DNA of 64,000 nt from the NCBI GenBank assembly GCA_965198005.1, contig CBDAOI010000003.1, positions 608,001 to 672,000 of the forward strand. The letters are read 5' to 3'. A program made the position numbers and the translations under genes. The notes beneath the pieces were generated by a model. The model saw only the letters and a program-made list of their open reading frames with translations, made no database searches and was not told the DNA's origin. Shown in pieces: positions 40,434 to 49,750 of this stretch. This DNA comes from Spirochaetia bacterium (GTDB taxonomy: Bacteria > Spirochaetota > Spirochaetia > SZUA-6 > Bin103). Numbering within the stretch: position 1 is the stretch's first letter; each line of letters opens with the position of its first letter.

Positions 40434-42454
40434 TGGATCTGCATCTCGCCGCCACTGCCCCGACCGACGCGGAACGGGCGGCCGTCGATGGCGTAGTGGA
40501 CGGCGCCGCGCAGGCTGCGGCCGGCGGCACGGTGCAGGAGTCGGCGGCTGGCGGCGCGGTGCTGCGGGCGGCCGGCGGGCGGGTCGGGGTGGGCGGCGTG
40601 CGGGTTCGCCGGAGCATTCGGCACCTGCTGCTGCCGGCGCTGCACGGGGTGCAGGACGCGATCGGCTGGATCAGTCCGGCGGCGCTGAACTACGTCAGCG
40701 AGCGTCTGGGCGTGCCGCCGGCCGAGGCATACGGCGTGGCCACCTTCTACGCGCTGCTGTCCACTACCGAGCAGCCGCCGCGGGTGGCCCACGTGTGCGA
40801 CGACATCGTGTGCCGCGGCGCCGGCGCGCTGGACCTCTGCCGCCAGCTCGAGGAGCGGCTCGGACCCGCGCACCATGCCGGCGGCCCGGTCGGGGCGGCA
40901 GTGGCCGGCACCGGTCTGGCAGCACCGGGCGGGTCCGCCACGTGCGCTGCTGCACCGCCCGGCGCCGCGGCAGGTGGCGCCGGTGCAGGCGCAGCCGCCT
41001 CAGGCGGCCAGGCCGCGTGGGTCACCAGCCCCTGCCTGGGGCTGTGCGAGGCCGCGCCCGCGGTGCTGCTGCAACTGGCCGGGGAAGCCGACGCCACTCT
41101 GGCCCCGGCCACGGCCGCTGCGGTCTGCGCTGCGCTCGCTACTGCGCCCGCGACCGCAGGGCCCGCGACTGGCGCGGCGCTGGCCGGCGCCCGCTCCGCG
41201 CCGCAGGTGGCCGATCCCGCCGCCGCGGCGCGACTCACCCTGCTGCGCCGCGTCGGCCGGGCCGATCCCGAGAGCATCAGCGACTACCGCCGGCACGGCG
41301 GCTGTGCCGCGTTGCGCCGCGCCGTCGAGCTCGGCCCTGACGGCGTGTTGCGCGAGCTGCGCGACTCCGGACTGCAGGGGCGCGGCGGCGCCGCCTTCCC
41401 CACCGCCGCCAAGTGGGAGGCGGTGGCCCGCGCCGCGGCGCGGCCCCACTACGTGGTGTGCAACGCCGACGAGTCGGAGCCGGGCACCTTCAAGGACCGG
41501 GTGGTGATGGAGCAGGATCCGTTCGCCGTGATCGAGGCGATGGTGATCGCCGGCTTCACCACCGGCGCCACGGTCGGCTACCTGTACGTCCGCGGCGAGT
41601 ACCCGCTGGCCACCCGCCGCCTGCAGGCCGCCATCGCCCAGGCCTGCGACTGGGGCCTGCTCGGCCGCGACATCATGGGCCTGGGGGTCGACTTCGAGCT
41701 CGAGCTGCGGCGCGGCGCCGGCGCCTACGTCTGCGGCGAGGAGACCGCGCTGTTCAACTCGCTGGAGGGCTTCCGCGGCGAGCCGCGCAGCAAGCCGCCC
41801 TACCCCACCGAGGCGGGCCTGTTCGGCAAGCCGACCGCGGTCAACAACGTGGAGACGCTGATCAACCTGCCACCGATCCTGCTCGTGGGCGGCCGCGCCT
41901 ATGCCGCGGTCGGCACCGAGCACTCCACCGGCCCCAAGCTGTTCTGTCTGTCGGGCGCAGTGGCGCAGCCGGGCGTCTACGAGGTGGAGTTCGGGACCAC
42001 TCTGCGGGAACTGCTGGAGCTGGCCGGCGGCACCATCGGCGGCGAGCCGCGCGCCGTCCTGCTCGGCGGCGCGGCGGGCAGCTTCGTCGGCCCGGAGCAG
42101 CTCGACCTGCCGCTCACCTTCGAGGACACCCGCGCCGCCGGCACCGGCCTCGGCTCCGGCGTGGTGATGCCGTTCGCACCCGGCACCGACTTCCTCGACG
42201 TCACGCGCCGCATCGCGCAATTCTTCCGCGACGAGTCGTGCGGCCAGTGCGTGCCGTGCCGGGTGGGTACCGTGCGCCAGGAAGAGGCGCTGGCGCGGCT
42301 GGGCGCCGGCGGCTGCGCCGAACGGGAGCTGCTGGCCGACTTGGCGCAAGTGATGGGCGACGCGTCGATCTGCGGCCTGGGCCACACCGCGGCGTCCGCG
42401 TTGCAGTCGGCGCTGGCCCTCGGACTGCTCGATCCAAACGGAGGCGGACGATGA
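40433..42454 (+). CDS. NuoE-NuoF fusion (NAD-linked FDH diaphorase subunit)
   Basis: CDDIVC..CLGLC (2Fe-2S); GRGGAAFP, NADESEPGTFKDR, GAGAYVCGEE, ESCGQCVPC. Confidence 0.9.
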   Translation: MDLHLAATAPTDAERAAVDGVVDGAAQAAAGGTVQESAAGGAVLRAAGGRVGVGGVRVRRSIRHLLLPALHGVQDAIGWISPAALNYVSERLGVPPAEAYGVATFYALLSTTEQPPRVAHVCDDIVCRGAGALDLCRQLEERLGPAHHAGGPVGAAVAGTGLAAPGGSATCAAAPPGAAAGGAGAGAAASGGQAAWVTSPCLGLCEAAPAVLLQLAGEADATLAPATAAAVCAALATAPATAGPATGAALAGARSAPQVADPAAAARLTLLRRVGRADPESISDYRRHGGCAALRRAVELGPDGVLRELRDSGLQGRGGAAFPTAAKWEAVARAAARPHYVVCNADESEPGTFKDRVVMEQDPFAVIEAMVIAGFTTGATVGYLYVRGEYPLATRRLQAAIAQACDWGLLGRDIMGLGVDFELELRRGAGAYVCGEETALFNSLEGFRGEPRSKPPYPTEAGLFGKPTAVNNVETLINLPPILLVGGRAYAAVGTEHSTGPKLFCLSGAVAQPGVYEVEFGTTLRELLELAGGTIGGEPRAVLLGGAAGSFVGPEQLDLPLTFEDTRAAGTGLGSGVVMPFAPGTDFLDVTRRIAQFFRDESCGQCVPCRVGTVRQEEALARLGAGGCAERELLADLAQVMGDASICGLGHTAASALQSALALGLLDPNGGGR

Positions 42455-43380
42455 GCGAAGCGGAGCGCAGCCTGACGCTGACGGTGGATGGCCGCCCGGT
42501 ACAGGTGGCGGAGGGCGCCACCATTCTCGGTGCCTGCCGCCAGTTGGAGATAGACACCCCGACCCTGTGCTTCGCGGACAACCTGACCCCGGTCAATGCC
42601 TGCCGGGTGTGCGTGGTCGAGCTGGAAGGCTCGCGCACCCTGGTGCCGGCCTGCGCTCGCGCCGCCGCGGAGGGCATGCAGGTGCGCACCGACTCCGAGC
42701 GCGTGCGCCACAGCCGCCGCCTGGTGCTGGAGCTGCTCGCCTCGTCGGTGGACCTGAGCTGCGCCGGCGGGGCGGTGCGCCGCTGGCAGGCCGCCTACGG
42801 CGCCGAGCCGGAGCGCTTCGGACCGCGGGCGCCCGACGCCGCGCCGGGCGAGCGGGAGCGGCAGCACGCCGGCCACCACGCCGCGCCGGACGGGCAGAGC
42901 GCGGCCACGGTCGGCCAGCCGGCCAAGGTGCAGGACGACCTCTACGTGCGCGACTACAAACGCTGCATCCTCTGCTACAAGTGCGTGGAGGCGTGCGGCG
43001 AGGACGCCCAGAACACCTTCGCCATCGCCGTGGCGGGGCGCGGCTTCGATGCCCGCATCGCCACCGAATACGAGCAGCCGCTGCCCGAGTCGGCGTGCGT
43101 CTACTGCGGCAACTGCATCGGCGTGTGCCCCACCGGCGCGCTGATGTTCAAGAGCGAATGGGACCACCGTGCCGCCGGCACCTGGGACGAGTCGCGGCAG
43201 AGCGTCACCCGCACCGTCTGCCCCTACTGCGGCGTGGGCTGCAACTTGGAACTGCACGTGCAGGATGAGGAGATCGTCAAGGTCACCTCGCCGACGGACC
43301 ATTCGGTGACCCACGGCCACCTGTGCATCAAGGGGCGGTTCGGCTTCCAGTTCGTGCAGAATCGGCCGCCGCCGGAGTAG
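42451..43380 (+). CDS. Fe-S subunit equivalent to the N-terminal part of FdhA/NuoG
   Basis: PTLC..CRVCVVE..C, CILCYKC, CVYCGNC..CP, TVCPYCGVGC..LCIKGRFG. Confidence 0.88.
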   Translation: MSEAERSLTLTVDGRPVQVAEGATILGACRQLEIDTPTLCFADNLTPVNACRVCVVELEGSRTLVPACARAAAEGMQVRTDSERVRHSRRLVLELLASSVDLSCAGGAVRRWQAAYGAEPERFGPRAPDAAPGERERQHAGHHAAPDGQSAATVGQPAKVQDDLYVRDYKRCILCYKCVEACGEDAQNTFAIAVAGRGFDARIATEYEQPLPESACVYCGNCIGVCPTGALMFKSEWDHRAAGTWDESRQSVTRTVCPYCGVGCNLELHVQDEEIVKVTSPTDHSVTHGHLCIKGRFGFQFVQNRPPPE

Positions 43381-44356
43381 TCGGCGCCACCCCGCGCCCG
43401 CGGCTGCCGTTGCCGCCGGCCTGCAGCCCCGCCACCTCCCGAACCCGCCGCGCGCCGCAGTAGATGTTGAAGCGCCGGTCGCGCAGAAAACCGATCAGGG
43501 TCAGGCCGAGCCCGTCGGCCAGCTCGCACGCCAGGCTGGAGGGGGCCCCCACCGCGGCCAGAAACCGAATCCCGGCGCGGGCCGCCTTCTGCACCAGCTC
43601 GAACCCGGTACGGCCGCTGAACAGCACCACCGCATGGTCCAGGGGAAGCGTCGCCTCCAGCACCGCGCGCCCGATCAGCTTGTCGAGCGCGTTGTGGCGG
43701 CCGACGTCCTCGCGCAGTCGCAGCAGGCGGCCGCCGGCATCGAACAGCGCTGCCGCGTGCAAGCCGCCGGTGCGGTCGAAGGTCGCCTGGTGGCGGCGCA
43801 ACTCGTCCGGCAGCCGGTGCAGCACTGCTGCCGCCACCGCCGGCGTCGCCTCGCTCCCAGCCGGCAAACGCGCCGGGACCGTCGCCATCACCTCCGCAAT
43901 CGACGCCTTGCCGCACACCCCGCAACTGGCACTGGCCACCAGCTCACGCCCGCGGCCGTCCACCCCGCGCGCGCTCTCCCGCGGCGCTGCCCCGAGCAGC
44001 GTGGCGCGCACCACGTTCCGCTCGTGGCCACAGTAACTGACGTCCCGGAGCTGTTCCGGCCGATCGATGAACCCCTCGGTGAGCAGGAATCCGGCGGCCA
44101 GCTCGTAGTCGTCGCCCGGCGTGCGCATGGTCACCGCCACGTTGTGCTCCGCCTCCACCACGTGCTCCGCCGCCGCCGTCCCGGACGCGTAGCTGACCCT
44201 GATTTCGAGCGGCTCTTCCACAGTCAGCACGTCCCGGTCGGCGCGGCCGGTCTGCCCGTCCACCCGCATCAGCGCGATCGCTTGCGCGCGTCCGTCGCCA
44301 CCGAGGTCCACCGGCACGGCCTGCATCCGCCGATTGCTCAGCGCGTCGCCCATCAC
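43328..44356 (-). CDS. fdhD: FDH accessory sulfurtransferase
   Basis: VEEPLEI, TMRTPG, SCGVCG, TGGLHAA, REDVGRHNALDK. Confidence 0.93.
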   Translation of the reverse strand: MMGDALSNRRMQAVPVDLGGDGRAQAIALMRVDGQTGRADRDVLTVEEPLEIRVSYASGTAAAEHVVEAEHNVAVTMRTPGDDYELAAGFLLTEGFIDRPEQLRDVSYCGHERNVVRATLLGAAPRESARGVDGRGRELVASASCGVCGKASIAEVMATVPARLPAGSEATPAVAAAVLHRLPDELRRHQATFDRTGGLHAAALFDAGGRLLRLREDVGRHNALDKLIGRAVLEATLPLDHAVVLFSGRTGFELVQKAARAGIRFLAAVGAPSSLACELADGLGLTLIGFLRDRRFNIYCGARRVREVAGLQAGGNGSRGRGVAPTTPAAADSARTGSRTAP

Positions 44357-44446
44357 GTGATAGTGGGACTGGCCGCGCGCCCGGTCAACCGGCCGGCCGG
44401 CGCCGCGGGCGATCTCGCCGAGGATGGCGTGAGCCTGATCGGCCCG

Positions 44447-45427
44447 CTACCAGCGGACGAGGTTGCCGCCGTAGGTGAGCCCGGCCCCGAATCCGGCGGT
44501 CACGATCAGATCGCCGCGCTGCAGCTGGCCCTGCTCGACCAGATCGTTCAGGGCGATCGGAATGGTGGCGGCGGAGGTGTTGGCGTATTCGGCGATGTTG
44601 ACGTAGAACTTCTCGCGCGGGATGCCGCTACGTTTGGCCGCCGCCTCGATGATGCGCTCGTTGGCCTGGTGGGGGACGATGAACCTGACGTCGTCGATGC
44701 TGACGCGGTTGCGCTCGAGGATGGTGCGTACCGTATCCACGATCACCTGGACCGCGAAGTTGTACACCGCGCGTCCCTCCATCTTCAGCAGCAAGTCGCG
44801 CTGATCGGTCTCGCCGGGTTTGAACGGCGTTCGCGTGCCCCCTGCCTCGCGCGCCAGGGTCATGGCCCGCGAGCCGTCGGAGCGCAGAAACGAATCGAGG
44901 ATCCCGTGGCCGTTGTTCGAATGGGAGATCACCGCCGCACCGGCGCCGTCGCCGAACAGCACGCAGGTGTTGCGGTCGCTCCAGTCCATGATACGGGTGA
45001 GCACCTCGCTGCCGACCAGCAGGACGTGCTTGGCGGAACCGGCGGCGATCAACCCTCGGGCGGTCTCGAGCCCGTAGACGAACCCGGTACAGCCCACCAC
45101 CAAGTCCATGGCGGCGGAATTGGTGGCGCCGAGCTTGTCCTGAATGAGGCACGCGGTGGAGGGAAAGCCGACGTGGTCCGCGGTCGCGGTGGCCACCAGC
45201 ACCATGCCCAACTGCTCGGCACCGATCCCGGCGCGCTCCAGGGCCTGCAGCGCGGCGCGGTGTCCGAGATCGGAGGCGGCTTCCCCCTCACCCGCAACGT
45301 GGCGAAACTTGATTCCGGTGTGCGACTGGATCCATTCGTCCGAGGTGTCGAGAAACGCCTCGAATTCATGGTTTGCCATCCGTCGCTCCGGCACGTAGGC
45401 ACCGAGCGACCGAATCTCCGCCCCCAT
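44447..45427 (-). CDS. fabH: Beta-ketoacyl-ACP synthase III
   Basis: GCTGF, DRNTCVLFGDGAGA, VPHQAN, NTSAA, GFGAGLT. Confidence 0.93.
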   Translation of the reverse strand: MGAEIRSLGAYVPERRMANHEFEAFLDTSDEWIQSHTGIKFRHVAGEGEAASDLGHRAALQALERAGIGAEQLGMVLVATATADHVGFPSTACLIQDKLGATNSAAMDLVVGCTGFVYGLETARGLIAAGSAKHVLLVGSEVLTRIMDWSDRNTCVLFGDGAGAAVISHSNNGHGILDSFLRSDGSRAMTLAREAGGTRTPFKPGETDQRDLLLKMEGRAVYNFAVQVIVDTVRTILERNRVSIDDVRFIVPHQANERIIEAAAKRSGIPREKFYVNIAEYANTSAATIPIALNDLVEQGQLQRGDLIVTAGFGAGLTYGGNLVRW

Positions 45428-45520
45428 CAGCTACCCAAAGCTCCTCCGGCTGGGATTCAAGTGGCCCCCAGTATAGCAGTACCCGCCTGCTCCCGTCAAC
45501 CGTGCCGTTGCGGCCGGCGG

Positions 45521-46594
45521 TCAGGAGTCTTCCAGGCGCGCCAACTCGTCGTCGATGATCGCCGCCAGACTCTCGAACGGCACCGCTCCGGACAGAAAGC
45601 GCCCGTTCACGAACAGCGCCGGTGTGCCCGATACGCCGACAGCCGTGCCCGCGCGGAGGTCGTTGCGCACCGTTTCATAGTGGCGATCGGAGTCCAGGCA
45701 GCGGTCGAACGCGTCCTGATCCAGACCGAGGCGGCCGGCCTTCTCCTGGAGCGCGGGGACCGAGAGCGCGCCCTGCTCCGCGAACATCAGATCATGCATC
45801 TCCCAGAACTTGCCCTGGTCTCCGGCGCACAGCGAGGCTTCGGCCGCCTTCTGGGCATGCGGGTGAATGCCGGTCAGCGGATAGTGGCGGTACACCACGC
45901 GCAGGCGGCCGGCGTACTCCTCCTGGGCCCGCTTCAGGGTGGGCAGAAAGCGGGCGCAGAAGGGACACTCGAAGTCCGAGAACTCGACCAGCGTCACTGG
46001 TGCGTCCGCAGGACCGGTGGCGGCGAACCCGTCGGTGGCTACCGCGAACCGCAGCGGCTGCAGCAGATACTCGACCGCGAACCGATCTTCCAGCAGGGTG
46101 AAGAAGTCATTTCGAGCGAGCCGTAGCGCCTGCCGTTCCAGATAAGCGCGGATCTGGCCCCCCACGTTGGCAAACGGATCTCTGATACGCGCCTTGTTCC
46201 GTTCATAGAACTGCTCGACGTCCTCGTCGCTGATCGGTTGCGCCGCGTCCTGAATCCGCGCCTGGACCGCGGCGACCGTGGTACCGGTCCGCTCTGCTTC
46301 CCGCTCCAGCAATCGCCGGCGCACCAACTCTTGCAGGGATGCTTCGAGCACTTCCTGGCGGCCGCGGTCGGCCTCGGCCTGACACCGCAGGCGCGCCATC
46401 TCGTTCTCTTCGAGCGCCTGCGTCGCGGTGGCGAGAAGCTCGGCGCGCATGACCTCCTGCTCGCCAATGGTCGCTATCACGTCGCCCTGGTCCGCGCACA
46501 GCAACGGCGCCGCCCCAGCCAGCAATACCACGCCACACCACAGCGCCTTTGCCTTGCCGCCGCAGGTCGACCAGAATCGTTCGAAGACCGTCAC
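45521..46594 (-). CDS. Secreted DsbA-family thioredoxin-domain protein
   Basis: Signal peptide; VEFSDFECPFC, GVSGTPALFVNG. Confidence 0.87.
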   Translation of the reverse strand: MTVFERFWSTCGGKAKALWCGVVLLAGAAPLLCADQGDVIATIGEQEVMRAELLATATQALEENEMARLRCQAEADRGRQEVLEASLQELVRRRLLEREAERTGTTVAAVQARIQDAAQPISDEDVEQFYERNKARIRDPFANVGGQIRAYLERQALRLARNDFFTLLEDRFAVEYLLQPLRFAVATDGFAATGPADAPVTLVEFSDFECPFCARFLPTLKRAQEEYAGRLRVVYRHYPLTGIHPHAQKAAEASLCAGDQGKFWEMHDLMFAEQGALSVPALQEKAGRLGLDQDAFDRCLDSDRHYETVRNDLRAGTAVGVSGTPALFVNGRFLSGAVPFESLAAIIDDELARLEDS

Positions 46595-46689
46595 TTCACA
46601 AGCCAGCGTACGCCGCGAAGCGCTCCGCCGTCAAGGTGGGCGGCGATTCTGCAGCAATTCTCGGTGAACGGCTGGTAGAGGGGCAGAGT

Positions 46690-46910
46690 GTCATAAGCTC
46701 AAGCCCTCCGAGTGTGAAACGCGACCATGCCCACCTGTTGGCCCACCGAGTGAACTCCCGTGAAAGGCAAGCACGCACGGTCCGACCGGCAGAAATTCTG
46801 TAACTGATTGCAGGTGATGTATTTAGCCACCGTCAAGCAGCCCCGTGCGATGACCTGACCACCGTCAGCCACCGCCGCTCGGCCGATGCCGCGGGCTGGC
46901 GCGGTGCAGC
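46690..46910. repeat. ~220-bp IS subterminal direct repeat, copy 1
   Basis: Near-identical to 52263-52470. Confidence 0.92.
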
Positions 46911-47392
46911 GACACCCAGGCGTTTTGATAGGTGGTCGTGCCGGCACGTACGATGCGGTAGTGCACGAAGTTGATCTTGGGACTGCGGGGGTTGCCGTTC
47001 AGCGGCACCCCGGTAACCCACGTCGATGGTGCCGCGGTGGTCCAGCAGCCGACCGCGGCGCAGCCCGTCGATATCCTGGTACAGGCTGGTGTGATCCTCC
47101 GGCTTGGCCACCAGCAGAAACGAGCAGCGGGCGGCGCGCACCTGTTCGATGAACGGTTGCTTGGAGTACAGACTATCGGCGACGATCACCGCAGCCAGCC
47201 GGGGATGGTCGTTACGGATGCGCTGCAAGGCACGGTAGCCGGCTTTTATTTCACAGTCTTGCTTGCGGCGTTTGGCATTCTTGGCGCCAGAGTCATCGGC
47301 GTTGTGAATGAACCCGGGAGCCAACGGCAGCACCTGCCGCTTGTCGGGGTGGACGATGGCGGTCTGCAGGATGTCGTGGTGGTAGCGTACGG
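46911..47392 (-). pseudogene. DDE transposase remnant (ISNCY/IS4-like)
   Basis: AIVHPD..VLPLAP, KQDCE..A..R, VADSLYSKQP, LVAKP.DH. Confidence 0.7.
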
Positions 47393-47570
47393 TGAGGTGG
47401 TCCTGGAAAATTGGACAGGAGGTTAAGGTGTATTCGAGGCCATGAGGAGGGCCAAGGAGATGGCGACGACACGACGTCGATTCACAGCGGAGTTCAAGGC
47501 ACGGGTAGTGGTGGAAGCGTTGCGCGGTGACCGCACGATCCAGGAGATCGGGGCCAAGCACCGCGTTGAT
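47393..47570 (+). mobile_element. IS3-family left end with truncated orfA
   Basis: TG..CC..AAAATTGGACA end; RBS then MATTRRRFTAEFKARVVVEALRGDRTIQEI. Confidence 0.75.
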
Positions 47571-47724
47571 CATCGCGCCGCAAAAGGTCGCCCGACGACT
47601 GGTAGGCGATCACCGCTGCGGTTCTCACCTTGTTCCCGGCAGCCTCGTTGTAGAAGCTTTGGATGGTAGGTGAGGTGGACGGTCACCCGCGCGCAGGCGC
47701 GTGGCCCCCATGCGGGCTCCTCTT

Positions 47725-48621
47725 TCAAACCGACCTGGCGGCATCGGCACCCAGGCGGCCCCCACCACCCCTCAGCCGCGGGTCGAGCAGATCCCGCACC
47801 GCATCGCCGAACATGTTCAGGCAGTAAACGGTGAGAGTCAGAGCGAGACCAGGCCACAGAGCCAGCCATGGGGCAATTTCCATGAACTGACGCCCTTCCC
47901 GGCTGAGCATGCCACCCCAGCTCGGAACACTCGGCGGCAGACCGAATCCGAGAAAGCTCAAGGACGCCTCGCTGATGATCACTCCACCGATGTTGATGGT
48001 GAATATGACGATTACGACCGGCATGATATTGGGCAGGACGTGTCGGATGAATGTTCTCCATTTTGAGGAGCCAACCGACTCCGCCGCATCAAAATACGCA
48101 TTCTCCTTTATGTCGATAACGGCGCCTCTTACGGTTCTCGAGCCGACGATGCCTCCCGTTAATCCCAGCACCGCTATGATCTGTGGCATACCCCGCCCCA
48201 CTATCGACATTACGGTCAACAACAGGAGCAGTCCCGGAAAAGCCATCCAGGCGTCGACAAATCTCTGCACGGCCAGGTCCAGTTTGCCGCCAAGGAATCC
48301 AGAAATGCCGCCTATCAGGACAGCGACGACAGCATTGAGAGCGGTCGCCGCCAGACCGACCGTGAGCGAAAGACGAGCTCCGTGGATAAGGCGGCTCAGG
48401 AAGTCTCGCCCCACGTAGTCGGTACCCAGGAGAAATTTGGCTGACGGGCCCTGCAGAATGTCTGACTTGTGTATTTCCATATGACCATAGGGAGACAAAA
48501 CATCAGCAAGGATACTGACAAGAATCAGCATCAATATGATGATCCCGCAGGCGGTGCCCAGTGGCTTCGTCCGCCACATCCTGGTAAGGAAATCAGCGAG
48601 GTTGTTACGTTCTCTATTCAT
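47725..48621 (-). CDS. Peptide/nickel ABC permease (DppC/OppC-like)
   Basis: LLGTD..GRD.LSRLI.GAR.SL, RHVLPN, EASLSFLGFG. Confidence 0.92.
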   Translation of the reverse strand: MNRERNNLADFLTRMWRTKPLGTACGIIILMLILVSILADVLSPYGHMEIHKSDILQGPSAKFLLGTDYVGRDFLSRLIHGARLSLTVGLAATALNAVVAVLIGGISGFLGGKLDLAVQRFVDAWMAFPGLLLLLTVMSIVGRGMPQIIAVLGLTGGIVGSRTVRGAVIDIKENAYFDAAESVGSSKWRTFIRHVLPNIMPVVIVIFTINIGGVIISEASLSFLGFGLPPSVPSWGGMLSREGRQFMEIAPWLALWPGLALTLTVYCLNMFGDAVRDLLDPRLRGGGGRLGADAARSV

Positions 48622-49618
48622 AGCGGACCCGGGGGTCCAAGTAGGGATAAATCAGGTCAATCGCCAGATTGATCCCGATGACCGCGGTGGCGAACAATAG
48701 GTTGATTCCGGAAACCACTGGGTAGTCCCTCGCATTGAGGGCAAGCACGAAGACACGACCTATCCCCGGCAGGTTGAAGATGTTCTCCATGATGACGGAG
48801 CCGCCTACCAGGATAGGCATCTGCAGGCCTATCAGCGTAACCACCGGGATGAGGGCATTCTTGACGGCGTGCCTGATAACAACTGCCCTCTCCTTGAGTC
48901 CTTTTGACCAGGCGGTCCGGATATAGTCTTGCCTGAGCACCTCCAGCATCATGGTGCGCGTCATCCGCATTGTGGCTGCAGCCATGCCCGTCCCCAGAAT
49001 CAGGCTGGGAATGATGAACACCCCCAGATTCTCCAGCGGCTCTTCCGTGAAACGAATCCACTCCATCGGTGGCGACCAGCCCCACCAGACTACCGGGTAG
49101 ACCATGACCATGGTTCCGAGCCAGAAGTTAGGCGTTGCCAGGCCGATGATGGCGGCCGAGCGCCCCGCGTAGTCGGCGGCCGTATCCTGGCGAATCGCAG
49201 CGTAGATGCCCACCGGCAGGGCGATCACCAGCCCAATCACGATTGCCAGGAGGCCAAGCTCGATGGTTACCGGCAATCTACCGACTATCTTCCTCTCTAC
49301 CGGCAAACGGCCGCTTACCAGCGAGCGCCCGAGACTGCCCTGAAGGAGACCGGTGAAATGAGACTCACCGGTACGCCAGTCAGGGGTCGGCAACACTCCT
49401 ATCCAGCGTCCATACTGCACGTGGACGGGCACGTCCAGTCCCAGCATACGCTCGAGAGGTTCACGGTCCCTGCCGCCCGCTCTGTACACCGCCGCTTCAG
49501 ACTCCATTACGTCGATGACATCGCCGGGGATGAAGCGCACCGAGAGGAAGACCAGGATGCTCAATATAAACAAGGTGGGGATTATCAGCAATAACCGCCT
49601 GATGATGTAGGCTCTCAT
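48614..49618 (-). CDS. Peptide/nickel ABC permease (DppB/OppB-like)
   Basis: RLPVTIEL, MLEVLRQDYIRTA.SKGL, RHAVKNALIP. Confidence 0.92.
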   Translation of the reverse strand: MRAYIIRRLLLIIPTLFILSILVFLSVRFIPGDVIDVMESEAAVYRAGGRDREPLERMLGLDVPVHVQYGRWIGVLPTPDWRTGESHFTGLLQGSLGRSLVSGRLPVERKIVGRLPVTIELGLLAIVIGLVIALPVGIYAAIRQDTAADYAGRSAAIIGLATPNFWLGTMVMVYPVVWWGWSPPMEWIRFTEEPLENLGVFIIPSLILGTGMAAATMRMTRTMMLEVLRQDYIRTAWSKGLKERAVVIRHAVKNALIPVVTLIGLQMPILVGGSVIMENIFNLPGIGRVFVLALNARDYPVVSGINLLFATAVIGINLAIDLIYPYLDPRVRYE

Positions 49619-49634
49619 ATCCTTCGTGGTAAAT

Positions 49635-49666
49635 GGGCGCCGGGAAGCCCGAGGCTCCCGGCGCCC
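49635..49666. terminator. Intra-operon hairpin between SBP and permease
   Basis: gggcgccggga..tcccggcgccc inverted repeat. Confidence 0.55.
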
Positions 49667-49750
49667 TTCGATGCAGCCAGAACGAGCGCGAAAACGCTCG
49701 TGGACCCCGCCCCTAGGCGCGGTCCCGGCTGCAACGCCGCAGGCGTTGCG

